From NCBI GenBank assembly GCA_900316415.1, contig ONCV01000002.1, positions 107,211 to 171,210 of the forward strand: DNA of 64,000 nt, read 5' to 3'. The position numbers and the translations under genes were made by a program. This DNA is from an uncultured Eubacteriales bacterium (GTDB lineage: Bacteria; Bacillota; Clostridia; Christensenellales; Aristaeellaceae). The notes beneath the pieces were generated by a model. The model did no database searches, was not told the origin of the DNA, and saw nothing but the letters and a program-made list of their open reading frames with translations. Positions 47,884-57,556 of this stretch are shown piece after piece (the first letter of the stretch is position 1; every line of letters starts with the position of its first letter).

Positions 47884-49611
47884 TCACCGAAGCAGCACCA
47901 GGTCGTTTTTCTCCTGCTCCGGATACTCCCGGTGCAGCCATTCCCGCATTACCGGATTCTCCCGGTCATGATTCAGCAGGTACTGTGCCCGGCTGATCCA
48001 CTTCAGGCTCTCCGGCCCGGACTGCTCAAACACGTCAATATTGCTGTCCGGGAACAGATACATCCCCAGGAAATAGAAATAGTCGCTGTCCCAGTCCTCA
48101 ATCAGGATGGCATAATCCCCCTTCTCGGGCAGATCATTTTCCGCCTTCAGCTTCTCCATCCAGTTCCGGACCTCCAACCCGTTGTAGATCCCGATCCGGT
48201 ACGGCCGGTAATCATAAACCCCCCGGGACGTGTCCTCGGAGTTCCAGGAGAGGCCGAGCAGGGAGGCGCTCATCAGCAGGGCCAGCCCGGCGGAAACCGG
48301 CCGGCGCAGCGGCTCCTCCCGCAGGAGGCTCATCCCCAGCGCCGTCAGCAGATAGACCATGGCAATGACAATGGTTTTTTCGTACCGGATCAGGCTGGTC
48401 AGCTGCAGCGCCTCCATCCGGGTCATGCTGAGGATGTACATCAGCTGCAGGCCGATCTGCCAGGCCGCGTACATTCCGAGGATCAGGGCGGCGGCTTTGC
48501 CGAACGCCCTCCGGCGATCCTTTCGGATCAGCAGGCACCCGGCGCCGATCAGCGCCAGAAGCAGGACGCAGAACCACAGCGCTTTCCAGCGGACCGCGAA
48601 GCGGGTCACCTCCAGGATGATGTATTTCACGTCCTCCACGGTCTTTTCCCCCAACGCCTCCTGCCACCAGGAGGAGGAAAGGGAATGCTTGGAGGCCTCC
48701 GCCGCCGGATAGGTGACCGCGCAATGCCAGTTCCAGAGCGGCATGCTCGCAAAGCCCGCCGCCGCGCAGACCGCCCCCGTTCCGAAGCGATGCTGTTTTC
48801 CCGCGTAATAGAGGTACACCAACGCGACAAGCAGCCCGAAGAAGGCCGCGGAGTTTTTGATCTGCAGGATCCAGACCAGATAAAGGAACACGGCCGGGGC
48901 CGCCTTCGCCGGCTGATCCCGGTTCGCATGCACGAACAGCAGCGCGCACATCCCCGTCAGGGGCAGCAGCGTATCCACCAGGAGCTCCGTGACCTGCACG
49001 TTGTAGGAGAGCAGGAAGTTGCCCGCAAAAAGCGCCAGCACCAGCCCGATCCACCGGTTTCCCCGGCACAGCTGAAACAGCGGCATCAGGCAGGTCAGCA
49101 TCACGTATCCCTGCGCCAGCATCCACAGGGTCTCTCCCCCGCCGGTCAGCCTTCCCGCGAAGTATACATACATGGTGCTCCCCAGCGGATAGGCCCAGTA
49201 GGTAATCCCCGTCATGCCCGGATCCGGAAACCGATCCATCCGCAGCATCTTCTTCACCACCAGCGCCCAGTGGGAGAAGTTGTCATAGTGCGTAAAAATC
49301 CTCCCGCGAACGCAGAGACAGAGTCCCGCCATTCCCAGGAGGAGAAACAGATATTCGATTTTCAGCCAGGTCTTCAGATTCCTTCCCTTTTCCCGGAACG
49401 TATAGTATGCCAGCCCGGTCAGCCCGGCCGCCTCCAGCGCGGCCGCCATTCCCAGCAGCCCGTGCAGCAGTCCTGCCGCGAGCAACAGGAACACCTGCAG
49501 CGCCACCGTCAGGCTGGGAAGAAAGCTTTCATGAAAACGGACGCGGTGCCGGAGAATCTCCCATGTCCCGATCGTGGACAGCACGAACAGGATCATCCGA
49601 ATCACAGCCAT
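47884..49611 (-). CDS. Polytopic membrane protein, putative GT-C
   Basis: YDNFSHW, YPLG, LLVDTLL, IKNS, RYE; paralogue of 27169-28833. Confidence 0.6.
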   Translation of the reverse strand: MAVIRMILFVLSTIGTWEILRHRVRFHESFLPSLTVALQVFLLLAAGLLHGLLGMAAALEAAGLTGLAYYTFREKGRNLKTWLKIEYLFLLLGMAGLCLCVRGRIFTHYDNFSHWALVVKKMLRMDRFPDPGMTGITYWAYPLGSTMYVYFAGRLTGGGETLWMLAQGYVMLTCLMPLFQLCRGNRWIGLVLALFAGNFLLSYNVQVTELLVDTLLPLTGMCALLFVHANRDQPAKAAPAVFLYLVWILQIKNSAAFFGLLVALVYLYYAGKQHRFGTGAVCAAAGFASMPLWNWHCAVTYPAAEASKHSLSSSWWQEALGEKTVEDVKYIILEVTRFAVRWKALWFCVLLLALIGAGCLLIRKDRRRAFGKAAALILGMYAAWQIGLQLMYILSMTRMEALQLTSLIRYEKTIVIAMVYLLTALGMSLLREEPLRRPVSAGLALLMSASLLGLSWNSEDTSRGVYDYRPYRIGIYNGLEVRNWMEKLKAENDLPEKGDYAILIEDWDSDYFYFLGMYLFPDSNIDVFEQSGPESLKWISRAQYLLNHDRENPVMREWLHREYPEQEKNDLVLLR

Positions 49612-49672
49612 GGGTTCTCCCCTTCCGCCCGGATTCCGGGAGCCGCATTTTCCGCCGGCTTCCGGTGGCAGA

Positions 49673-49701
49673 ATTATACCGCAGTTTTCAGGGAGTGTAA
49701 A
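49673..49701 (-). promoter_or_regulatory. sigmaA-type promoter
   Basis: TTTACA-17nt-TATAAT on the minus strand, just after the transaldolase stop. Confidence 0.78.
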
Positions 49702-49705
49702 GTTT

Positions 49706-50428
49706 TCACTCCCGCAGGATGGAGAAGCCCAGGCTCTTCGCGTCCCTCGCGAACATCTGCACCGTCTCCAGGGAATACTGCTCCAGGCTTTTTCCGAAGT
49801 CGCCCAGCTTGCCCAGCAGATCGTTGGTCACGGTAATGATGTCGCAGCCGCAGCGGTCCGCCTGCACGATGTTCAGCGTCTCCCGGGGAGAAGCCCAGAG
49901 GAGCTCCACGCCCTCCTTCGCATGGCAGATCTGGGCCGCGACCGTCATGATCGGTTCCGGATCCACGCCGGCATTGGCGATTCTGCCCGCGAAGACCGAC
50001 ACATAGTTATGGGTTCCCTCCGCAAAGGCATCCACGGCTTCCATCACCTGACGGATGGTGAAGACCGCCGTCACGTTCAGGTTGATTCCCTGCTTCGACA
50101 GCTGCCGGATCAGCGGGATGCTGCTCTCCCCCCTGGAATTGGTGATCGGAATCTTCACCATCACGTTCTTTCCCAGGGCGGAGAGCACCGCGGCCTCCTT
50201 CGCCATGGTCTCAAAGTCGTCCGAAAACACCTCCAGGGACAGGGACAGATCCGGAATGGCCTTCACCATCTCCCCGGCGAAGGCCACATAGTCCTTCACG
50301 CCCGCCTTCTTCATCAGCGTCGGATTGGTGGTAAAGCCCTTCACGATGCCCTTGGCGTATTCCGCCTTCATGGCCTCGCTGTCCGCGCCGTCGGCAAAAA
50401 TCTTGACTTTCAGATCGGATACGTTCAT
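49706..50428 (-). CDS. tal: Transaldolase (small TalC-type)
   Basis: IFADGA, GFTTNPTL, SLEV (Glu), MVKIP (Schiff-base Lys), SVFAGR (Phe), LWASPRE. Confidence 0.9.
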   Translation of the reverse strand: MNVSDLKVKIFADGADSEAMKAEYAKGIVKGFTTNPTLMKKAGVKDYVAFAGEMVKAIPDLSLSLEVFSDDFETMAKEAAVLSALGKNVMVKIPITNSRGESSIPLIRQLSKQGINLNVTAVFTIRQVMEAVDAFAEGTHNYVSVFAGRIANAGVDPEPIMTVAAQICHAKEGVELLWASPRETLNIVQADRCGCDIITVTNDLLGKLGDFGKSLEQYSLETVQMFARDAKSLGFSILRE

Positions 50429-50430
50429 GT

Positions 50431-51006
50431 TCAGTCCTCCTCACATTTCAGCGCATTCACCATCAGATGCCACACGACCCCCTGCCAGCCCTCCGCGTGG
50501 GGGGTGATCCGGGTTTCGTCCACCACGGGAACCAGCACGCACGCGTCCGCCGTCTGCTTCGTGTATCCGCCGTTCCGGGACACGATGCCGATAATGGAAG
50601 CACCCTTCTCCCGGGCCAGCTTCAGGGCATTGACGATGTTCAGGGAAGCGGTTTCGCTCCCGCCGCCCACGGACAGCACCATCAGCGCATCCTTCTCCGA
50701 CAGATGGCTGACCCGCAGCCAGGCCTCAAAGGTCGTCTCCCAGCCCTCGTCATTGGTCCGGGCGGTGAGCTCGGAAACATTGTCCGTCGGCGCATAGGTC
50801 TCGATGCCGCCGATCTTCCGGAAATCGTTCACCGCGTGGGAGGCGTTCGCCGCGCTTCCGCCCACCCCCAGGATGAACAGCCGGCCTTCCCGCCGCTTCG
50901 TTTCCCGCAGGATTTCAATCGCCCGTCCGATCTCTTCCTGGGAAATCTTCTCACAGATCTCCCGCGTCTGTTCCAGATAGGTCCGGATGTACATTGCCGT
51001 CTTCAT
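50431..51006 (-). CDS. SIS-domain phosphosugar isomerase (GmhA-like)
   Basis: LGVGGSAANASHAVND, TARTNDEG, LSVGGG, PH.EG.Q. Confidence 0.85.
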   Translation of the reverse strand: MKTAMYIRTYLEQTREICEKISQEEIGRAIEILRETKRREGRLFILGVGGSAANASHAVNDFRKIGGIETYAPTDNVSELTARTNDEGWETTFEAWLRVSHLSEKDALMVLSVGGGSETASLNIVNALKLAREKGASIIGIVSRNGGYTKQTADACVLVPVVDETRITPHAEGWQGVVWHLMVNALKCEED

Positions 51007-51027
51007 CAGTCTTCTCTCCTTTGCCGT

Positions 51028-51906
51028 TTATCTCCCGGGTTTGTCCCAGTTGTCTCCCCGATCCTGGGGAATGATTCTCCGCAGGGTGTAGATATCCCCG
51101 TTCCGCATCTTTTCGACCCGCTCCGGCGTGAAATGTTCCCAGTCATCCCAGACGGCGGAGATCAGCCGGCCCGTGATTCCGTCGCTTTCCGGGGAGGCCA
51201 GGAAGGCGCAGAGCCGCGCTGCGGTTTCGGGCGGTACGCCGCCCTTTTCCTTCCGTTCCAGCGCCTTCGCGTATTCCGCCTTTCCGACGGCATCCTCGCC
51301 GGCCTGAAGCGTTTCCTCCAGCATCCGGCCGTTCATCGCTCCCGGCGCAATGGCGTTGATTTCAATGTGATCATCCCGCGTTTCCCGGGCAATGGTTTCC
51401 GTCAGGCGAACCAGTCCGGTCTTCGCGACGGCGTAGGCGCTGTAATTCTCCCGGGGGCCGGTGGCGCCGCCGCCCGACAGATTGACGATTTTTCCCCCGT
51501 CCTGCTTCTTCATCAGGGGAAGCACCTCATGAATCAGATGGGCCGGGGTCAGCAGATCCGTGGCCAGCGTCCGCTTCCACTGCTCCCAGGGGTTCTCCTC
51601 CATCGGTCCGATGGGTCCCTGCACCGCCGCGTTGTTCACGAGGATATCGATCCGCCCCATCCGGGCCAGCGCCTGCCGGATCATTTCCTCCGCGGTGCTT
51701 TCCTCCGCCAGGTCCCCCGCAAAGGAGAACACCGCCTGTTCCGGCTCCCGCCTCTCCCGGCGCAGCGCTTCACAGACCTTTTCCAGATCGGCCGCATTCC
51801 GCGCGCAAAGGAAAACGCATGCCCCCTGCGCAACGAATTCCCGGGCGATGGCTTCTCCCAGCCCCCGGCTCGCGCCGGTAATCACCGCGCATTTATTCCG
51901 CAGCAT
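51028..51906 (-). CDS. Short-chain dehydrogenase/reductase (SDR)
   Basis: TGASRGLG, VNNAA, NLSGGG, YAVAK (YxxxK), IAPG; start at the ATG after GAAGGAGG. Confidence 0.9.
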   Translation of the reverse strand: MLRNKCAVITGASRGLGEAIAREFVAQGACVFLCARNAADLEKVCEALRRERREPEQAVFSFAGDLAEESTAEEMIRQALARMGRIDILVNNAAVQGPIGPMEENPWEQWKRTLATDLLTPAHLIHEVLPLMKKQDGGKIVNLSGGGATGPRENYSAYAVAKTGLVRLTETIARETRDDHIEINAIAPGAMNGRMLEETLQAGEDAVGKAEYAKALERKEKGGVPPETAARLCAFLASPESDGITGRLISAVWDDWEHFTPERVEKMRNGDIYTLRRIIPQDRGDNWDKPGR

Positions 51907-53215
51907 TCGGAACCTCCTTCGCAAACTCCATCAGATTCCCCGCGATCCTTTCCGGCTTCCGGCATCCGCACATCATGCAAAGATCACACTTGTACCTTCC
52001 CAGGAAGGCGGTATGCACGCCCGCCGCCTGTCCGCAGAGCACATCCGTGGCGGAATCCCCCACCATCCAGGACCGCTCCCGGTCGATCCGGTATTTCTCC
52101 GTCAGCCGCTCAATCAGCCCCGGCTTCGGCTTCCGGCAGGAGCAGTCGCGGATCAGCCAGGTTTCCCGGGTTCGGGCGGAGGCTTTTCCGTAGTGCGGGC
52201 ACATCTCCACGTCGGTGATTTCAACCCCGGCCTTCCGCATTTCCTCCACAAGGCGCCGGTTGATCTCGCAGAGGGTGGTATAGCGGGTCTTGCCCTTGGC
52301 CGCGGCCGGCTGATTGGTGACCACAAAGAGCAGATATCCCTTCTCCTGCAGCAGCTTCAGCGCTTCCGGAGCCTCCGGCATCAGCCGGAACTGATCCCAT
52401 TTCAGCGGGGAGTCCAGCTGATCAATGTCATCGTTCCAGACGATTTCATTGATCACGCCGTCCCGGTCCAGAAAGACCGCAGGGCGCGGCTGTCCCCAGC
52501 GCCGGGCGGCATAGGCCCGAAACTCCGCCAGGGAGCCCGGGGTTCCGATCTCATAAAACCGGCGCTCCGTCTCGCAGCAGGCCAGCTTCCCCTCCCTGGA
52601 AAGCCGCTGCTGAAGATCGCTCAGGTCAAACGCCTCCCGCGGTTCCTCTTCGAAGAGACTCCGGCTGAACGCGCCGATCCCGTAGTCAATGAAATCCATT
52701 TCCGGGGACGGATTCCGCTTGTCGTACCGCAGGATCTCCCCGTCCCGGCAAAGGACATTGCTCCGGTCGAAACGGCCCTGGTTCCGCATCACGGTCATCA
52801 GGGCGGGCTTTCCCGCCGCAAGCCCCTCCCGGAATCGGACAAGCACCTCCGGATAATGAACGTCCATGAAGGAATCGCCATAGATCAGGAGGAAGGTTTC
52901 CTCCAACAGGGGAAGCGCCTTCCGGATGGCCCCCCCCGTGCCCAGCAGCTTTTCTCCGTCGCGGGAATACCGGATTTCCACTCCGAAGCGGCTGCCGTCG
53001 CCGTAGTATTCCTCAATCTGCTCCGCCCGGTAGCCCAGGCAGAACAGGAAGCGGCGGAAGCCCGCCTGCCTCATGATCTCCAGCTGATAGCTGAAGAAGG
53101 GCTTCCCTTCCACCTCCATAAGAGGCTTGGGACAGTCCCGGGTGCAGGCGCCGAGCCGGGTGCCCAGTCCGCCCATGAGCACGACCACCTGCGTGTTTTC
53201 GCACAGTGCTTCCAT
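51893..53215 (-). CDS. Fusion: HddC-like sugar-1-P nucleotidyltransferase + GmhB-like sugar bisphosphate phosphatase
   Basis: N-half GGLGTRL..PKPL, LLGTGGA, YGDS; C-half FLDRDGV, VTNQ, CPH, C.CRKPKPG, MVGDS.TD. Confidence 0.88.
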   Translation of the reverse strand: MEALCENTQVVVLMGGLGTRLGACTRDCPKPLMEVEGKPFFSYQLEIMRQAGFRRFLFCLGYRAEQIEEYYGDGSRFGVEIRYSRDGEKLLGTGGAIRKALPLLEETFLLIYGDSFMDVHYPEVLVRFREGLAAGKPALMTVMRNQGRFDRSNVLCRDGEILRYDKRNPSPEMDFIDYGIGAFSRSLFEEEPREAFDLSDLQQRLSREGKLACCETERRFYEIGTPGSLAEFRAYAARRWGQPRPAVFLDRDGVINEIVWNDDIDQLDSPLKWDQFRLMPEAPEALKLLQEKGYLLFVVTNQPAAAKGKTRYTTLCEINRRLVEEMRKAGVEITDVEMCPHYGKASARTRETWLIRDCSCRKPKPGLIERLTEKYRIDRERSWMVGDSATDVLCGQAAGVHTAFLGRYKCDLCMMCGCRKPERIAGNLMEFAKEVPNAAE

Positions 53216-53217
53216 GC

Positions 53218-54195
53218 TCAGACCACCACCCGCGTTCCCTGCGGATCAAAGCGGAAACGGACTTCCATCAGGCCCGCCTTTTTCATCGCGTGGCGCAGCT
53301 GCTGCTTGTTCCGGCAATAGAACATGAGGAATCCACCGCCGCCGGCCCCGATCAGCTTTCCGCCCAGGGCACCGTTCTTCAGCGCGTACTCGTACCATTC
53401 ATCGATCTGCGGATTGCTCATGCCGCCGGAGCGGCGCTTCTTGTGCTCCCAGTGCACATTCATGATGTCCGCGAAGTCCTCCAGCCGGCCTTCCTCCAGG
53501 GCTTTTTTGCTGTCATAGCCCATCTGCTTCACGTCATGCAGGTTCTGAATCATGTCCGAGTCCTTTTTCCGGCTCTTCTGATCCTGATCCACCAGGATGC
53601 TGGACGCGGAATGGGAGTACCCGGTGAAGAACATGGCCAGGTTGTCCTCCAGATTATACAGATCCTCATCGCTGATATGCAGGGGCTCCACCCAGACATA
53701 GCCATCCTTCCGGAAGGTCATGCAGGTGAGGCCGCCGTAGGCGGCAATATACTGATCCTGCTTGCCGATATGCTCGCCCAGCTTCTCGATCTCCACCGTG
53801 CAGGCCTCTTCCGCCAGGGTCCGGGTGCTGACGATGTCCCCCTTGTAGATATGCAGTGCCTTCAGCAGCGCGGTCGTGAAGCTTCCGGAGGAGCCCAGTC
53901 CGGTTCCCGCCGGAATGTCCGCCAGGGAGGTGATTTCGATGGCCGGGCTCTTCAGATCCAGCAGGTTCAGGGCCTCCCGGATAATGGGATGCTGGATCTC
54001 CCCGTTGGAGGTCACATGCTCGATCTTCGAATACTTCAGCCAGAGCTCATTGACGAAGTTCCGGTTCAGGGTAATATAGACATACTTGTCAATGGCCGCA
54101 GAAATCAGGAACCCTTCATGCTCCGAATAATAGGAGGCCAGATCCGTTCCGCCCCCGCCCAGGGAAATCCGCAGCGGGCTTTTGGTAATGATCAT
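53218..54195 (-). CDS. GHMP kinase, HddA-like sugar-phosphate kinase
   Basis: PLRISLGGGGTD, PAGTGLGSSG, GKQDQY, GGKLIGAGGGGF. Confidence 0.9.
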   Translation of the reverse strand: MIITKSPLRISLGGGGTDLASYYSEHEGFLISAAIDKYVYITLNRNFVNELWLKYSKIEHVTSNGEIQHPIIREALNLLDLKSPAIEITSLADIPAGTGLGSSGSFTTALLKALHIYKGDIVSTRTLAEEACTVEIEKLGEHIGKQDQYIAAYGGLTCMTFRKDGYVWVEPLHISDEDLYNLEDNLAMFFTGYSHSASSILVDQDQKSRKKDSDMIQNLHDVKQMGYDSKKALEEGRLEDFADIMNVHWEHKKRRSGGMSNPQIDEWYEYALKNGALGGKLIGAGGGGFLMFYCRNKQQLRHAMKKAGLMEVRFRFDPQGTRVVV

Positions 54196-55193
54196 CTGTT
54201 CCGTCCCTCCTTCGCATAAATCGCGTCCACCGCGCGAAGCGCCTCATAGGCGTCCGTAATGTCCCCCATGGAAAGCCCCTGCCCGGACTCCACGGCCCGG
54301 GTGATTTCCCGGAATTCCAGCTCCCAGGAGTTCTCCCCCCGCGGGAATTCATAGATGGTCGTTTCCGGCGGCCCCATCTCAGGCAGCATCTGATAGTAGC
54401 TCAGCCGCTCCACCCCGTAGCTTCCGCCCAGGCCGTCAATCGCCAGCTTCGCGCCTCGGCAGTAAATCTCGAAGGAGAACATGTTCTTCCATTCCGTACA
54501 GCTCACCTGCAGCCAGGCCGCCCGGCCGTCCTCCTTCCGCAGGGCGATGAATCCGTTGTCATCCACGGGCATATCCCAGAAATAGGTTCCGGTAAACCCG
54601 TCCACCCGCTGAAAGTCCCCCATGAACCACCGGGACAGGTCGATCAGGTGAACGCCCTGATCAATCAGCTCGCCGCCTCCGGAGAGCTCCGGATTTGCCC
54701 GCCATTCCCGGTCATATCCCACGCGTCCGCCATGGCCGTACCGGCCGCGGATAAACATGACCGGGCCGATCTGATCCGGCCGGGAATCGATAAGTTCCCG
54801 CGCCTTCAGCAGCGCGGGGTGGTACCGGTGATTGAATCCCACCTTCACCAGCACCCCCTGCTCCCGGGCCTTTTCGATAATCGGCAGCAGTTCCGCCGCG
54901 GAGCGGGCCGCGGGCTTCTCCACGATCACATGCTTTCCGTGGGAAACGGCGAAGAGCGTAATCGGCGCCAGCATCTTCACGACGGTGGCCACCACGATCA
55001 GGTCGGCGCCGCTGTGCAGGATCAGATCCTCATAGCTGTCCGTCAGGTAAACGTCCTTCAGCCCGAACCGCTCCGCCAGGCGCTCCGCCGCGGCCCGGTT
55101 CACATCGCACAGGCCGGTGATCGTGTGCGGCGCGTGCACCGCCGCGGCGCGCTTTCCGCCGATCAGGCCGCAGCCGATAATGCCTACCTTCAT
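54192..55193 (-). CDS. Gfo/Idh/MocA family oxidoreductase
   Basis: GIIGCG.IG, HV.VEKP, VGFNHRYHP, GGGELIDQGVH.ID; start trimmed to MKVGII. Confidence 0.9.
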   Translation of the reverse strand: MKVGIIGCGLIGGKRAAAVHAPHTITGLCDVNRAAAERLAERFGLKDVYLTDSYEDLILHSGADLIVVATVVKMLAPITLFAVSHGKHVIVEKPAARSAAELLPIIEKAREQGVLVKVGFNHRYHPALLKARELIDSRPDQIGPVMFIRGRYGHGGRVGYDREWRANPELSGGGELIDQGVHLIDLSRWFMGDFQRVDGFTGTYFWDMPVDDNGFIALRKEDGRAAWLQVSCTEWKNMFSFEIYCRGAKLAIDGLGGSYGVERLSYYQMLPEMGPPETTIYEFPRGENSWELEFREITRAVESGQGLSMGDITDAYEALRAVDAIYAKEGRNR

Positions 55194-56146
55194 TTTCTCG
55201 CCTCCAGAAGCCAGGGATTCTCCGTCAGATAGTCCACCGTCCGCTCGACCGCCTGCCGGATGGTCAGCCGGGGTTTCCAGCCGGTGGACCGGATCTTTGC
55301 CGTATCCAGGTAGATGAAGGGGCTGTCCCCCACCCATCCCCGTTTTCCGCCGGTGAAGGTGAATTCCGGCTGCAGGCCCATCCGGGCGGCAATCCAGGAC
55401 GCGGAATCCCGGACCTCACAGTATTCATCCGTTCCCAGGTTGTAGATATGGACCCCCGGATCGTCCTGCCCGATCACGGTCAGGATCGCGTCCAGGCAGT
55501 CCCCGATATAGAGATAGGATTTCCGCTGGTGCCCGTCTCCGAGGATCTGCAGGGAGGCAGGGTTTTCCTTCAGCCGTTTGACAAAATCAAACACGTGTCC
55601 GTGGGGATAGCGCTCCCCCAGCAGGGAAACGAAGCGGAAAATATATCCCGTGAAGCCGTATCCCCCGCAATAGGAAGTAATCATGCCTTCCCCATAGGCC
55701 TTGGACGCCGCGTACAGCGAGGTCTGCACCGGGAAGGGGCAGGTTTCCGGCGTGGGGAACACCTCCGGTTCCCCGTAGACGGAGCCGGTGGAGGAAAAGG
55801 CGATCCGGCGGACGCCCGCCGCCCGCATGGCCTCCAGCACCTGGAAGGTTCCCCGGGCATTCTGCTCAAACACAAAATCCGGATGATCCAGATTGTTCCG
55901 GATGTCCGCGTTGGCTGCGAAATGGAAGACGAAATCGCACCCCGCCATGGCCCGCGTCAGCGCCGGCCGGTCCAGGATATCCCCCTCCGCCAGCCGGAAC
56001 CGTTCGTTCTCCATGGCGGAGGCCAGGAACCGCCGCATGCCCGTGGTGAAATTGTCATAGACCACCACTTCGTGTCCGTCCCGCAGCAGCCGGTCCGCCA
56101 TGTTGGAGCCGACGAAACCGGCCCCGCCCGTGATCAGAAATCTCAT
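55190..56146 (-). CDS. NAD-dependent epimerase/dehydratase (extended SDR)
   Basis: TGGAGFVGS, FHFAA, FSST.SVYG, YAASK, GDG.Q.K.Y.Y..D. Confidence 0.92.
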   Translation of the reverse strand: MRFLITGGAGFVGSNMADRLLRDGHEVVVYDNFTTGMRRFLASAMENERFRLAEGDILDRPALTRAMAGCDFVFHFAANADIRNNLDHPDFVFEQNARGTFQVLEAMRAAGVRRIAFSSTGSVYGEPEVFPTPETCPFPVQTSLYAASKAYGEGMITSYCGGYGFTGYIFRFVSLLGERYPHGHVFDFVKRLKENPASLQILGDGHQRKSYLYIGDCLDAILTVIGQDDPGVHIYNLGTDEYCEVRDSASWIAARMGLQPEFTFTGGKRGWVGDSPFIYLDTAKIRSTGWKPRLTIRQAVERTVDYLTENPWLLEARK

Positions 56147-56161
56147 GTCCTTCCCTCTCCC

Positions 56162-57475
56162 TCACTGTGGCATCCTGTACAGATAACGGTACCGGATGAA
56201 GCTTTTGATCCAGAGAATCGGATCCTGGATCATCCGAACCTTTTTGCCTTCCTTCACGCCCCGGGAAACATAGTTGATCGGGATCTCCCGGGGAATATAT
56301 CCCTTCCGGATCAGCTTGATGATGATCTCCCAGTCAATCTCAAAGCGGTTTCCGTCAAATTCCAGGCCATACAGGCACTCCCTCCGGAACAGCTTGAACA
56401 TGGTGAAGGGGTCCTTCAGCTTCGTATGGCAGCCCCGGTTGATCAGTCCCGTAAAGAAGATCTGTCCCAGGTTCATCACGAACGCCCGCAGTTTCTCGCC
56501 GCTCCCGAACTTCCGCATGTGCCAGTCCCCGGTATGCCGGGAGCCCAGGACAAAGGCCTCCTGATCGTGCACCAGGGGATACAGCAGCTTGTCATAATCG
56601 TTGATATCGTATTCCAGATCCCCGTCCTGAATCGTGATGAAGTCCCCGGTGGCTTCCCGGAAGCCGTTCCGGACGGCATGCCCCTTCCCCCGGGGCTTGT
56701 CCTCGTAGATCGCCCGCACCTCCGGATGCTCGGCGGCAAATCGGGCGACCTCCTCCCGGGTGCCGTCGCTGGAATTGCTCTCGATGATGATCAGTTCCTT
56801 CCGCAGGCCCAGGCCGGACAGATCCTTCCCGTACACGGCGTCCAGGAGAAAACGGACCGTATTTTTTTCGTTATAGACCGGAATGATGAAGGAAAGAACC
56901 TTTTCCTTCCGCACTTCCTTTCGGCTGCAGCGGACGAAAACGCCGTCCGGATTCGCCTCCCGGATGGTGATCTCTCCGAAGCCGCATTTGCAGAGCAGGT
57001 TCTCCAGCGTTTTCCGGGAAAAAAACTGAAGCCGTTTCTGTTCGAACGCATCCCAGGACTGCTTCGCATGCCGGGCATGCGAACTGTCCGTCACCGGCAC
57101 AAACAGAAAAAGCTTCCCTTCCGGTTTCAGTTTTGCATGGGCGCTGCGCAGCAGACGCTCCGGGTCATTCACCATGTCCAGGCAGTCCAGCAGCATGCTT
57201 TCCAGCGACCCGTCCGCTTCCCGCTCAAGCTCCTCCCCGGAGGAAAAGGTCGGAACCGCCGCAGGCTCCCCGGCATCCCCCACCCGCGTCCGGAAGGACG
57301 AAAAATCCTCCGCGCGATAAAGCGGCTGAAGCTCCATCAGCCGGGTGTTCTGGGGATTGGAAAACATGTGCCCGCATTCCGCGCAGGCGGAAATCACCCT
57401 TCCCGCGGCGACAAACCGATACTCCAGGCGGGCGGAAGAACATACAGGGCAAGACTGAACCAATAACTCCTCCAT
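56162..57475 (-). CDS. Fusion: Zn-ribbon/methyltransferase-like remnant + DPM-synthase-like GT2
   Basis: N-terminal CPVC..CAEC and DP..L...LKPEG.L..VP; C-terminal IPVYNE, GKG.AV..G, QDGDLEYD, VLGSR, FEID.E. Confidence 0.8.
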   Translation of the reverse strand: MEELLVQSCPVCSSARLEYRFVAAGRVISACAECGHMFSNPQNTRLMELQPLYRAEDFSSFRTRVGDAGEPAAVPTFSSGEELEREADGSLESMLLDCLDMVNDPERLLRSAHAKLKPEGKLFLFVPVTDSSHARHAKQSWDAFEQKRLQFFSRKTLENLLCKCGFGEITIREANPDGVFVRCSRKEVRKEKVLSFIIPVYNEKNTVRFLLDAVYGKDLSGLGLRKELIIIESNSSDGTREEVARFAAEHPEVRAIYEDKPRGKGHAVRNGFREATGDFITIQDGDLEYDINDYDKLLYPLVHDQEAFVLGSRHTGDWHMRKFGSGEKLRAFVMNLGQIFFTGLINRGCHTKLKDPFTMFKLFRRECLYGLEFDGNRFEIDWEIIIKLIRKGYIPREIPINYVSRGVKEGKKVRMIQDPILWIKSFIRYRYLYRMPQ

Positions 57476-57556
57476 GACGGCTGTCCTTCTTCCCTCCGTA
57501 ATCCCGGCTGCGCTGCCTGAAGGCAATGCGCCCCTGATTCTTGCACGTACGGAAAC

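Noticed and set aside
49706-57475. Interpreting the cassette as an antibiotic (lincosamide) biosynthetic cluster
   Set aside because: No amino-acid/NRPS condensation, resistance or regulator genes are present; it is led by a lipid-carrier-type GT2 and surrounded by surface-glycan genes.
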